This document shows, one piece after another, positions 1 to 9,274 of a stretch of 64,000 nt of DNA. The stretch is from contig CBDETY010000003.1 of NCBI GenBank assembly GCA_965243025.1, positions 4,640,001 through 4,704,000 of the forward strand, given 5' to 3'. Position numbers and translations under genes: made by a program. Within the stretch, counting starts at the first letter, position 1, and every line of letters begins with the position of its first letter. The stretch comes from Candidatus Latescibacterota bacterium (GTDB lineage Bacteria > Latescibacterota > UBA2968 > UBA8231). The notes under the pieces are model-generated. The model worked only from the letters and a program-made list of their open reading frames with translations, did not search any database and had not been told where the DNA came from.

Positions 1-2
1 AC

Positions 3-524
3 CGCAAGGCCGCCTTCGACGTCAGCACCCTCGGCACCTGGAACGCGGTGCGCGCCGCGGTCGAGCTCGGCATGCCGAGGTTCGTCAACACCGGTCCGCA
101 CTTCACGGTCACCGGCAGCTTCTACCACCAGTTCGATTTCGGCATTCCCGAGGAGGTGCCGGCGCACTCAGGCTCCGGCAACGTCTACGCCCTGTCGAAA
201 TCCGCCGGGCAGGAGATCTGCCGCCTGTTCGCCGCCAACCACCCGATCCACGTCCTCTGCATGCTGTTCCTCAACTTCCGCTCCCACGTAGCACCCGCCG
301 ACGAGGTGGGCGGCGACCTCAACCCGTTCACGGTCAGCTGGCGCGACGCCGGAAAGGCGATCCGGCTGGCTCTCGAGGTCGACCTCGCTACCCTGCCGAG
401 CCGCAACGAGGCCTTCTTCGTCACCGCGGACCTGCCGCACGGCAAGTACTCCAACGCCAAGGCGAAGCGGCTTCTCGGGTTCGAGCCGCAGGACCGGCTC
501 GAGGAATACTGGCGCAGGTCCTGA
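3..524 (+). CDS. NAD-dependent epimerase/dehydratase (extended SDR), 5'-truncated by the window edge
   Basis: Frame is open from base 3 (RKAAFDVSTLGTWNAVRAA...). It has the SDR YxxxK motif (VYALSK) and a C-terminal 'AKAKRLLGFEPQ' typical of the family. Confidence 0.75.
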   Translation, partial: RKAAFDVSTLGTWNAVRAAVELGMPRFVNTGPHFTVTGSFYHQFDFGIPEEVPAHSGSGNVYALSKSAGQEICRLFAANHPIHVLCMLFLNFRSHVAPADEVGGDLNPFTVSWRDAGKAIRLALEVDLATLPSRNEAFFVTADLPHGKYSNAKAKRLLGFEPQDRLEEYWRRS

Positions 525-549
525 CAGCCCCACGGACGAGCCGCTGACC

Positions 550-1617
550 GTGCCTTCGACCGAAGCTGTGCTGCAGGTGTTCCGGGGACCGGACCGCGGC
601 TTCGAGCTGCGCAGCCTGGAGCTGCCGGAGCCGGCCGCCGGAGAGGTCCTGGCGCGGGTCGACCTGGCGACGATCTGCGGCTCCGACCTGTACACGGCGC
701 GCGGCGCCCGTCCGCAGCCGGTCCCGGCGGTGCTCGGACACGAGGGGGTCGGGACGGTCGTTGCCACGGGGCGCGGCCGAAACCTCGAGGTCGGAAGCCG
801 GGTAACCTGGTCCCTGGTCGACCGCTGCGGTTCCTGCGCCTTCTGCACCCGCTACGGCCTGCCCGAGAAGTGCGAGTCCCTGTTCAAGTACGGGCACGCC
901 CCGCTCGCCGAGGGGGGCGCGAGCGGATGCTACGCCTCGCACATCCTGCTGCGCCCCGGCACCAAGGTGGCGGCGGTGCCGGAAGCCTTGAGCGACGCGG
1001 CGGCGGCACCGGCAAACTGCGTCCTGGCGACCGCGGTGAACGTCGTTTCGCAGCTTCCCGAATCCTGCGAAAGCGCCGTCGTCCAGGGCGCCGGCCTTCT
1101 CGGTCTCTACCTTTGCGCGCTGCTGCGCAGGCGCGGGGTCGGCCACCTTTTCTGCTGCGATCCCGACGGCCGGCGGCTGGCCCTTGCCCCCTCTTTCGGC
1201 GCCACCCCTCTCGGTGCGGACCCCGGGGCGAGAGAGGCCGCGGTCCGCGACCGCTGCCCGCACGGCGTCGACGCCGTGATCGAGGCCGCGGGGGATCCGG
1301 CCGTCGTGCCGGAAGGGGTGGACCTCGTGCGGACAGGGGGATGGCTTGTTCTCGCCGGCATGGTGCACCCGCGCAGCGCCCTGGAGCTGACCGGGGAGCG
1401 GATCATCCGCAAGTGCCTTACCCTGCGCGGGGTCCACAACTACAGCCCTCGCCATCTGCACGAAGCGGTGCGGTTTCTCGAGGCGACCGCGGCCGTCCAT
1501 CCGTACGAGCGGCTCGTCTCACCGTCACTCTATCCGCTGCCGCGGCTCGAGGAGGCGTTCGCCGCCGCGGAGTCCCGGGAGTGGCACCGGATCGCGGTGC
1601 GCCCAAAGGAGTGCTGA
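550..1617 (+). CDS. Zinc-binding alcohol dehydrogenase (MDR), phosphonate-catabolism-associated type (TIGR03366-like)
   Basis: Catalytic Zn motifs ICGSD and LGHEGVG, structural Zn CGSCAFC...C, nucleotide-binding GAGLLG, and GVHNY. The stop codon lies 1 bp before the phnA start. Confidence 0.85.
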   Translation: MPSTEAVLQVFRGPDRGFELRSLELPEPAAGEVLARVDLATICGSDLYTARGARPQPVPAVLGHEGVGTVVATGRGRNLEVGSRVTWSLVDRCGSCAFCTRYGLPEKCESLFKYGHAPLAEGGASGCYASHILLRPGTKVAAVPEALSDAAAAPANCVLATAVNVVSQLPESCESAVVQGAGLLGLYLCALLRRRGVGHLFCCDPDGRRLALAPSFGATPLGADPGAREAAVRDRCPHGVDAVIEAAGDPAVVPEGVDLVRTGGWLVLAGMVHPRSALELTGERIIRKCLTLRGVHNYSPRHLHEAVRFLEATAAVHPYERLVSPSLYPLPRLEEAFAAAESREWHRIAVRPKEC

Positions 1618-1618
1618 T

Positions 1619-2833
1619 ATGCCCGGAGTGAACGGACGCGACTACGGCCTGCCGGCCGCGCCGGTCGTCGGTATCTGCATCGACGGCTGCGACCCGGCCT
1701 ACATCGAGGCCGCCGCGGGCTCCATGCCCAACCTGCAGGAGATGATCGCCTCGGGATGCTCCGGCCTGGCGCAGGCGGTCGTTCCCTCTTACACCAACCC
1801 GAACAACGTCGCCATCCTCACCGGAACGACCCCGGACGTCAACGGCATCTGCGGCAACTACTACTACGACGAGGCCAGCGAACGCGAAGTCATGATGGAC
1901 GACCCGCGGCACCTGCGGGCGGCTACCGTTCCGGCGGCTTTCAGCGCCGCGGGCGCCAGGGTGGCGGCGGTCACCACCAAGGAGAAGCTGCGCCGCTTTC
2001 TCGGCCACGGCCTGCGCGGAATCAGCTTCTCCGTCGAGCGCGCCGAGGCGGTTACAGAGGCCGAAAACGGCATCGGCGACGTGCTCGGCATCGTGGGGCG
2101 GAAGAACCCCGGTATCTACGATCCCGAGGCGAGCGTCTTCTGCCTCGAAGCGGGAGCGCGCCTGCTGCAGCGGGAGAAAATCGACCTGATGTACCTGTCG
2201 ACGACCGACTTCGTGCAGCACAAGTTCGCCCCGGGGGCGCCGGAGGCGGCCGCCTTCTACAGCCGCCTCGACCTCTTCCTCGGCGAGCTGCACGATATCG
2301 GCGCCGTCGTCGGCATCACCGCCGACCACGGCATGAACGACAAGACGAAAGCCGACGGCACCCCGAACGTTCAGTACCTCGGGAGCATCCTCGAATCCGC
2401 CGGCATCGAGGCGCGGGTGATTCTGCCGGTCACCGACCCGTACGTCGTCCACCACGGCGCCCTGGGCTCGTACGCGACCGTTTACCTCGGGGCCGCGGAC
2501 CTCCCCCGGGCGCGCGCCCTGTTGGAACAGGTTCCTGGAGTGGAGCGGGTTCTCGCGAAGCAGGAGGCAGCCCTGGAATACGCGCTGCCACCGGATCTCA
2601 TCGGCGATCTCGTGCTGCTGGCGGACCGCGGCACCGTGCTCGGCAAGACCCCGGACTGGCACGACCTGTCCGACGTCGAGACCGGGCTCAGGTCGCACGG
2701 CGGCCTGCACGAAGCGACGGTCCCCTTCATCGTCAACCGCCCCCTGAAGAGCCGCTGGCGGGAGCGCCTGGCAGGAAACCGGATGCGGAACTTCGACCTC
2801 TTCGACGCCCTCTGTAACGGGGTGGAGGACTGA
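1619..2833 (+). CDS. phnA: Phosphonoacetate hydrolase (alkaline phosphatase superfamily)
   Basis: PhnA hallmark motifs: ICIDGCD, PSYTNPNN (Thr nucleophile), GICGN, YLSTTDFVQHK, ITADHGMNDK, TDPYVVHHGALGS, LRSHGG. Confidence 0.95.
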   Translation: MPGVNGRDYGLPAAPVVGICIDGCDPAYIEAAAGSMPNLQEMIASGCSGLAQAVVPSYTNPNNVAILTGTTPDVNGICGNYYYDEASEREVMMDDPRHLRAATVPAAFSAAGARVAAVTTKEKLRRFLGHGLRGISFSVERAEAVTEAENGIGDVLGIVGRKNPGIYDPEASVFCLEAGARLLQREKIDLMYLSTTDFVQHKFAPGAPEAAAFYSRLDLFLGELHDIGAVVGITADHGMNDKTKADGTPNVQYLGSILESAGIEARVILPVTDPYVVHHGALGSYATVYLGAADLPRARALLEQVPGVERVLAKQEAALEYALPPDLIGDLVLLADRGTVLGKTPDWHDLSDVETGLRSHGGLHEATVPFIVNRPLKSRWRERLAGNRMRNFDLFDALCNGVED

Positions 2834-3112
2834 TCCGCTGTCCTGTGGACTCTCCGAACCGGAGGACCGGGACCCGGGGATGCGGGGCCCGGGATGGAAC
2901 AAGCGGGTGGGATTTTCGGGGGAATAACGGACCGGGTGCCTCGGCTGTCCGAGGGCATTCGTGGGACTGGCAACCTCAACCCGTGGCAGCGCGGCAGTTC
3001 CCGGGCGGGACCGGGAGCCGGGCAACGAACCGGCAGCAGATCAAAAGCGGGCAGAAAAACCCGTGGCTGAGCGGAACACCCGCCCCGCCGCGGACTTTCC
3101 GAGGCAGGACCC

Positions 3113-4537
3113 ATGCGTGAGTACGGCAGCATCATCGGCGGGAAACAGCAGCCTGGCGGCGAGTGGATCGACGTGCGCAACCCGTATACGTCGGAGCCGG
3201 TGGGAAGGGTCGCCTCCCTCGATCCCGGGAGCCTCGACGCCATCGTCAGGCAGGTCCACGCCGCCGAGGTGCGCCTCAGCCGAAGGGAGCGCAGCGACGT
3301 GCTTACGCGGATGGCGGCCGCGGTCGAGGAGCGTGCCGGCGAGATCAGCCGCCTGATCACGGACGAGTCCGGGCTCTCCCTGAAGGACTCCCGCTACGAG
3401 GCGCTGCGGGTCTGCGAGGTGCTGCGCTTCTCGGGGATGGCGGCGCTGCAGGACGATTCCGAGGTGTTCCCCTGCGACGTCTCCGTCCAGGGGCGCCCGC
3501 GCCGCATCTACACCTCCCGGTTTCCCTGGCGCGCCATCGCGGCGATCACCCCCTTCAACCACCCGATGAACCAGGTCGCCCACAAGATCGCGCCGGCGAT
3601 CGCGACCAATAACACGGTGCTGCTGAAGCCATCTGAGAAAACCCCGCTCTCCGCTTACTACCTGGCGGAGCTGGCGTTCGAGTGCGGACTGCCGCCGCAG
3701 TCGCTGGCCGTATTCAACGGCACGGCCGGCGGTGTTGCCGAGCCCCTGGTCGCCCACGACCTCGTCGACATGGTGACCTTCACCGGCGGCACCGCCACCG
3801 GCCGCCGCATCGCCGAACTGGCCGGGTACAAGCGGCTGGTGCTCGAGCTGGGGGGCAGCTCGCCGCTGCTCGTGCTCACCGACGCCGACCCGGAGACCGC
3901 GGCGGGGATCGCCGCCGCCGGCATCTTCCGGAACAGCGGCCAGCGGTGTACGGCGATTCGCCGCCTACTCGTCGACGAGAGGGTCGCCGGCCGCTTTGCC
4001 GCGGCCCTGGCGGCGGAGGTCTCGCGGCTGACCTGCGGGAACCCCTACGAGGAGGAGACCGACGTCGGCACGGTGATCTCCGGGGAAGCGGCCCGCGGCA
4101 TCGAGGCCCGGGTTGAGGACTGCCTCGGCCGCGGCGCCGAGCTGCTGGCCGGCCACCGGCGCGAGGGGGCCCTCTACCACCCGACGGTCCTCGACCGGGT
4201 CGATCCCGCCTGCGAGCTGGTGAAGCGGGAGACCTTCGGACCGGTCGCACCGATCATCCGCGTCTCCTCCCTCGACGAGGCGGTCCGCCTGGCCAACGAC
4301 ACCCCCTACGGGCTGTCCGCCGGGGTGGTCAGCGATCACTGGCCCTCCATTCAGCGGGTGATCGGCGAGGTGGAGGCGGGGACGGTGAACGTCAACGAGG
4401 CGCCGAGCTACCGGCTCGAGACCACTCCCTTCGGGGGCATCAAGTCATCGGGGCTCGGGTACAAGGAAGGGGTGCTCGAGACGATGAAGGCGATGACCTG
4501 GGTCAAGACCTACTCGCTGCCCTGGGACCGGCCCTGA
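3113..4537 (+). CDS. phnY: Phosphonoacetaldehyde dehydrogenase
   Basis: ALDH motifs ITPFNHP, LELGG, NSGQRCTA and ETFGP. It also has the PhnY-specific HKIAPAIATNN and C-terminal GLGYKEGV...VKTYSLPW, and lies next to phnA. Confidence 0.93.
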   Translation: MREYGSIIGGKQQPGGEWIDVRNPYTSEPVGRVASLDPGSLDAIVRQVHAAEVRLSRRERSDVLTRMAAAVEERAGEISRLITDESGLSLKDSRYEALRVCEVLRFSGMAALQDDSEVFPCDVSVQGRPRRIYTSRFPWRAIAAITPFNHPMNQVAHKIAPAIATNNTVLLKPSEKTPLSAYYLAELAFECGLPPQSLAVFNGTAGGVAEPLVAHDLVDMVTFTGGTATGRRIAELAGYKRLVLELGGSSPLLVLTDADPETAAGIAAAGIFRNSGQRCTAIRRLLVDERVAGRFAAALAAEVSRLTCGNPYEEETDVGTVISGEAARGIEARVEDCLGRGAELLAGHRREGALYHPTVLDRVDPACELVKRETFGPVAPIIRVSSLDEAVRLANDTPYGLSAGVVSDHWPSIQRVIGEVEAGTVNVNEAPSYRLETTPFGGIKSSGLGYKEGVLETMKAMTWVKTYSLPWDRP

Positions 4538-4576
4538 GTGACGCGCCGCCGCGAGCGTACCCGCCTTGCGAACCGG

Positions 4577-5602
4577 CTACAGCGGAAACTCGACGCGCCT
4601 GCCTTCGCGGAGGCTGATGTCGACCGCCTCGGTGAATTCCATGTACCTCACGCCGTCGGCGAAGTTGGTGTGCGTCACCGGGGCGCCTTCGCGAACGGCG
4701 TCGACGAACTCCCTCTCGACGCGCCACTCCCCCCGCTTTTCGGGCGGGATCTCCAGCCGCCGGAACTCGCTGTCCCCCTCTCCCGCCACCCAGGCGGCCC
4801 CGTCCTCCAGCTTGAAGGCCCCCTTTGTCCCGTGCAGCTCGAGATCGGCTCCGCTGCCACCGAGCCGCGCCACGTTGGACAGGTGGTAGACGGCGGTGGC
4901 CCCCGACTCCATTTCCGCGACGATCCCGATCGACTCGGGGACGTCGGCATCCTGCATCCGGCCGGTCTCCTCGTTCAGCCGCTCCGTCGTGAACGACGCG
5001 GCGTGCGCGACGAGGGATTTCTCGAACCCGGCGTAGCGGTGGACGTTCTCGTTGTAGATGCCCATGGCCATGATGTTGTTGCCCGACAGGTCGCGGCGCT
5101 GGCGCCAGTGCAGCGGAGCCTGCGGATCGTAGCCCCCTGCGAGCGAACTGACCCGGATCTCGAGCCAGTCGCCGAAGCAGCCGTCGGCGATCAGATCCAG
5201 GGTCGTCGCCTCCGACTCGGGGTCCATCTGCCCGGGGACGATCATGGCGACCTTGTCCGATGCCAGGGAAGCGTCGTACATCCGCCGGGCTTCCTCGAGA
5301 TTCATCGCCATGCGCGCCTCGGTGAGGATGTGCTTGCCGGCTTTCAGGGTCTCGAGGGTGACCTCGCAATGCATGTACGGCCAGGTGCCGACGCAGACGG
5401 CGTCGACGTCGTCCCGGTGCACCACTTCCCTCCAGTCCTCGACGACGTCGGGGATGCCGAAGTCGTCGGCGACCTTCTGCGCCGACTCGCGGCTGCGGTT
5501 GCAGACGGCGACCACCTCGACGCCGTCGATCTCCTGGAACCCGGGGATGTGTTTCAGCCTGGTGTTCGCCCCGGCGCCGATCAGTCCTATTGAGAGCGTC
5601 AT
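4577..5602 (-). CDS. Gfo/Idh/MocA family oxidoreductase
   Basis: N-terminal GLIGAG, VDAVCVGTWPYMH, and GKHILTEARMA (variant of the EKP motif). Confidence 0.85.
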   Translation of the reverse strand: MTLSIGLIGAGANTRLKHIPGFQEIDGVEVVAVCNRSRESAQKVADDFGIPDVVEDWREVVHRDDVDAVCVGTWPYMHCEVTLETLKAGKHILTEARMAMNLEEARRMYDASLASDKVAMIVPGQMDPESEATTLDLIADGCFGDWLEIRVSSLAGGYDPQAPLHWRQRRDLSGNNIMAMGIYNENVHRYAGFEKSLVAHAASFTTERLNEETGRMQDADVPESIGIVAEMESGATAVYHLSNVARLGGSGADLELHGTKGAFKLEDGAAWVAGEGDSEFRRLEIPPEKRGEWRVEREFVDAVREGAPVTHTNFADGVRYMEFTEAVDISLREGRRVEFPL

Positions 5603-5801
5603 GCTGACTCCTGCGAGGTATGCATTCTGTACGTGATTGGTGATTGAGTGGAAACCGTGCCGACGAGCTGACAGCCAGCGGAAATTCAGCTTTTGCAGGG
5701 TTGGAATCCCCGCATCGTATTCGCGCCGAATCCGGCCGCAAGGGCCGCCCGCAGGGCCAGTGCGTCAAGAGGCTGCTAAGGTAGGGCGGCCCGGGGGGCG
5801 G

Positions 5802-6218
5802 TCAATCGGCTTTGCCGCCGGCGAACTGCCGCAGCCGCGCCGCGATTTCGTCGCGCACCCGGCGAAACACCGCCATGCGTTCGTCGCGCGAGCCGGTCGC
5901 TGCGGCCGGGTCGTCGAAGCTCCAGTGGTGCTGCCGGCCTCCCGGCAGAAGCGGACAGGTCTCGCGGGCGTGGTCGCACACGGTGATGACGTGATCGAAG
6001 GTCTGGCCGCGGTATATCTCGACCGACTCGGACCGCTGGCCGCTGATGTCGATGCCGATCTCCCGCATCGCCTCGACCGCCATCGGGTTGAGTCCGTGGG
6101 GCTCGGTGCCGGCGCTGAACGCCTCGCAGGCGCCGCCGCCCAGCGAGCGCAGCAGGCCCTCGGCCATCTGGCTGCGGCAGGAGTTGCCCGTGCACAGGAA
6201 GAGGACTCTTTCAGGCAT
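5802..6218 (-). CDS. arsC: Arsenate reductase, thioredoxin-coupled LMW-PTP family
   Basis: P-loop LFLCTGNSCRSQMAEG, resolving cysteines in ITVCDHARETCP, and HWSFDDPA. Confidence 0.88.
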   Translation of the reverse strand: MPERVLFLCTGNSCRSQMAEGLLRSLGGGACEAFSAGTEPHGLNPMAVEAMREIGIDISGQRSESVEIYRGQTFDHVITVCDHARETCPLLPGGRQHHWSFDDPAAATGSRDERMAVFRRVRDEIAARLRQFAGGKAD

Positions 6219-6885
6219 CTTCGTCTTTCGCCGACCCGGGCCCGGCAGGGCTGCGGCTTCGCCAGACCCGGTGAATCAACCCCGCGGCCGCGGCCCCGGC
6301 GAAGGTGCCGGTGAAGTAGATCCAGAAAAGGTTCAGGGTGTCGGTGAACAGGGCCGGCCCCAGGGTGCGCGCCGGGTTCAGGGAGGCGCCGGTCAGCGGC
6401 CCCCCCATCAGGATGCAGAAGATGAGGGTGAAGCCGACGATGATCGGCGCGAGGTTCCCCGCCCGGCCGCTGGCGGGAACGGCGAGAACGGCGTTGACGA
6501 GAATGAAGGTGAGGACCGCCTCGAGGAGCAGTCCCTTTCCCGGCGAGATCCCCTCGGCCAGGACGGTGGCGCCCAGCGAAGACTCGGCGCCGAGAAGAAA
6601 GAAGAGCAGTGCCCCCCCGGCGATGCCGCCGGTCAACTGCGCTGCCCAGTACGCCGCCATCTTCCCCGGCTTCATCTCGCCGGCGACGAACAGCCCGAAG
6701 CTGACCGCGGGGTTGAGGTAGCTGCCGCTGAGGGAGCCGTACCCGTACGGGTAGGCGATCACGACGAAACCGTGGGCAAAAGCGGCCCCGATCAGTCCGC
6801 CGACGCCCACGGCGACCGCTCCGGCGCCGATGAAGATGAGTAGGAAGGTGCCGAAGACCTCGGCTGCGAACGCCTTGAAATCCAT
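6211..6885 (-). CDS. Aquaporin / MIP channel (AqpS/AqpZ-like)
   Basis: Two NPA motifs (SGSYLNPAVS and GASLNPART), AEVFGTF and LEAVLTF helices. Start placed at ATG 6885 (MDFKAF). Overlaps arsC by 8 bp. Confidence 0.9.
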   Translation of the reverse strand: MDFKAFAAEVFGTFLLIFIGAGAVAVGVGGLIGAAFAHGFVVIAYPYGYGSLSGSYLNPAVSFGLFVAGEMKPGKMAAYWAAQLTGGIAGGALLFFLLGAESSLGATVLAEGISPGKGLLLEAVLTFILVNAVLAVPASGRAGNLAPIIVGFTLIFCILMGGPLTGASLNPARTLGPALFTDTLNLFWIYFTGTFAGAAAAGLIHRVWRSRSPAGPGSAKDEDA

Positions 6886-7111
6886 GAACCCGTGCTGCTG
6901 TTGCTGGTGAGGCGGTACCGGCAGGGATTCTGGCGGGGCCGGAACCGGAGTTGAAACTCGACCTGACCGCGAAGCCGGGTCAAGCTCCCCGTTCCGGCGC
7001 TTACCCCGGTTTTTCCGGAAACTTATATTTCGCCGTTCTTCACCTCGACCCTCTTCCGATTCCAACTCCTGACGCTCATCGATGCCGGCCGCGGACGCCC
7101 CTGAGAACCGC

Positions 7112-8194
7112 ATGCGCCTGCTGTTCCTGGCGCGGCGCTACCCCCCTTCGGTCGGCGGCATTCAGACCCACTGCCACAAGCTCTACAGCCGCCTCAGCCG
7201 GCAGTACCCCGTCACCCTCGTAGCCCTCGGCAGAGACTCGCTGCTGCACCTCGCCTGGTTCCTCCCCTGGGTTGCGGTGCGGACCCTTGCCGCCCTGGTC
7301 TTTCGCCGCGTCGATGCCGTGTACTTCGCCGACGGCGTGGTCTGCGCCCTGGCCCCGGTTTTACGCCCATTCAAGGGCAGAGCCCGCTTCGTCGTAACCA
7401 TCTACGGCCTCGAAATGACCTACCGGAGCGCTCTTGCCCGGGGGCTGATGAAGAGCGGATGCCGCTGTTGCGAGCGCATCGTCCTCATCAGCGAGCACAC
7501 GCGGAACCTCGCCCTGGCCTGGGGGCTGCCGCCGGAGCGGCTGCGGGTCGTCTACGTCGGGGTCGAACCGGCCGAACCGGCCGCGCAGCGCTGCGCGGAG
7601 CTGCGGGCCGAATTCGAGGAGCGCACCGGCGTGGCGTTCGCGTCGGAGAAGGTGCTGCTCAACATCGGCAGGCAGGTGCGCCGCAAGGGAATGGTCCCCT
7701 TCGTCGAGCAGGGGCTGCCCCTCCTGGAGTCCGACATCCGCCTGATCATCGCCGGCGGCGGCCCCGACATGCCGCGGCTGCGCGAGCTGGCGTCGCGCCC
7801 CGAGACCGCTTCCCGCATCCTGATCGTCGACGCCCCGGACGACGATGCCGCCGCCATGCTGCGGCGCAGCGCCGGCCTCTTCGTGATGCCGAACGTGCCG
7901 ATGGCAGACGACGTCGAGGGGTACGGGATCACCCCCCTGGAGAGCATGCATTCCGAAACCCCCGTGGTCGCCTTCGCGGTCGACGCCCTGGTCGAGAGCA
8001 TCCGCGAGGGAGGCTGGCTCGTCCCCGCCGGCGACTATTCCGCCTTCGCCGGCCGCATCCACGAGTTCTTCTCGCTCGGAGAACCCCGGCGCGCCGAGCT
8101 GGGCCGCGAGGCGCGGCAGTACGTGCTGCGCGAGTACGGCTGGGACAAGAGCGCCCGCGAGTACGCCGCGATCTTCGCCGGCGATTCCCCCTGA
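7112..8194 (+). CDS. Glycosyltransferase family 4 (GT-B fold)
   Basis: YPPSVGGIQTH at the N-terminus, IGRQVRRKG, and the EGYGITPLES (ExxxxxxxE) motif. Confidence 0.85.
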   Translation: MRLLFLARRYPPSVGGIQTHCHKLYSRLSRQYPVTLVALGRDSLLHLAWFLPWVAVRTLAALVFRRVDAVYFADGVVCALAPVLRPFKGRARFVVTIYGLEMTYRSALARGLMKSGCRCCERIVLISEHTRNLALAWGLPPERLRVVYVGVEPAEPAAQRCAELRAEFEERTGVAFASEKVLLNIGRQVRRKGMVPFVEQGLPLLESDIRLIIAGGGPDMPRLRELASRPETASRILIVDAPDDDAAAMLRRSAGLFVMPNVPMADDVEGYGITPLESMHSETPVVAFAVDALVESIREGGWLVPAGDYSAFAGRIHEFFSLGEPRRAELGREARQYVLREYGWDKSAREYAAIFAGDSP

Positions 8195-8212
8195 AACCGA
8201 AGGAGCATTCCC

Positions 8213-9262
8213 GTGCGCGTCACCGACCTGGACACCCCCGCCCTCACCGTCGATCTCGACGGCCTCGAACGGAACATCACACAGCTGCAGGAGGCGTGCG
8301 ACCGGCTCGACATCTCCCTGCGCGTGCACACCAAGACGCACAAGACCCCGGCGATCGCCCACCGGCAGGTGGACGCCGGGGCGATCGGCATCGTCAGCCA
8401 GAAGCTGGGGGAGGCCGAGGCGATGGCGGCCGCCGGCATCGAGGACATCCTCGTCCCCTACAACATCGTCGGCAGGCCGAAGCTCGAGCGCCTGTCCCGC
8501 CTGGTGCGGTCGGGAACGTCGACGGTCACGGTGGCCGCCGACTCGGAAGCCACGGTGGAAGGGCTGTCGGCGCAGGCCGCCCGCGACGGCTGCACCTTCC
8601 GCGTCATCGTCGAAATGGACACCGGCAGCCGGCGCGTCGGAGTGCAATCCCCCCCCGAGACCCTGGCTCTCGCCCAGACCATTGACCGGCTGCCTGGGCT
8701 GCGTTTCTGCGGCGTCATGACCTACCCGAGCCACGAGCCGGCGCGGCCCTTCCTCGACGAGGTGAGAGCCCTGACCGCCGCGGCCGGGCTGCCGCTGGAG
8801 ATCGTCAGCGGCGGGGGAACGGGAAGCGAGGAGATCTCGAAGTCCCTCGGCTGCACCGAGACCCGCATCGGCTCGTACGCTTACGAAGGAATGACCCGGG
8901 TGGGAAAACCGGAGGACCTCGACCCGGTGCGATGCCCCCTGCGCATGATGGTGACGGTGGTGAGCACCTCGGTCCCGGGACAGATCATCGTCGACGCCGG
9001 GATGAAGGCGTTCACCAGCTACCCGCCGACTCCGTACGGCTACTGCATCGAGCACCCGGAGATCGCCATCAGGAAGATGTCGGTGGAGCACGGCCACATA
9101 GACATCGCCGGGTCGTCCCATAGATTTGCTGTGGGCGACATGCTGTCGTTCATACCGCTGCACGGCGGCATGACCACCAACCTCCACGACCGCATCTACG
9201 CGGTGCGCAACGGCGAGGTCGAGGAGGTCTGGGAGGTCGCCGGCCGCGGCCGGGGGCAGTAA
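8213..9262 (+). CDS. PLP-dependent fold-type III enzyme, D-threonine aldolase / D-serine dehydratase (DSD1) family
   Basis: LDTPAL, RVHTKTHK (PLP lysine), KLGEAEAM, EMDTG-RRVGV, SGGGT, SVEHG. RBS AAGGAG precedes the GTG start. Confidence 0.85.
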   Translation: MRVTDLDTPALTVDLDGLERNITQLQEACDRLDISLRVHTKTHKTPAIAHRQVDAGAIGIVSQKLGEAEAMAAAGIEDILVPYNIVGRPKLERLSRLVRSGTSTVTVAADSEATVEGLSAQAARDGCTFRVIVEMDTGSRRVGVQSPPETLALAQTIDRLPGLRFCGVMTYPSHEPARPFLDEVRALTAAAGLPLEIVSGGGTGSEEISKSLGCTETRIGSYAYEGMTRVGKPEDLDPVRCPLRMMVTVVSTSVPGQIIVDAGMKAFTSYPPTPYGYCIEHPEIAIRKMSVEHGHIDIAGSSHRFAVGDMLSFIPLHGGMTTNLHDRIYAVRNGEVEEVWEVAGRGRGQ

Positions 9263-9274
9263 CCAACGGGAAGG

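Noticed and set aside
5728-5739. 12-mer gaatccggccgc shared with the intergenic region at about 29730
   Set aside because: The match is short and GC-rich with no extended similarity, so chance is plausible.
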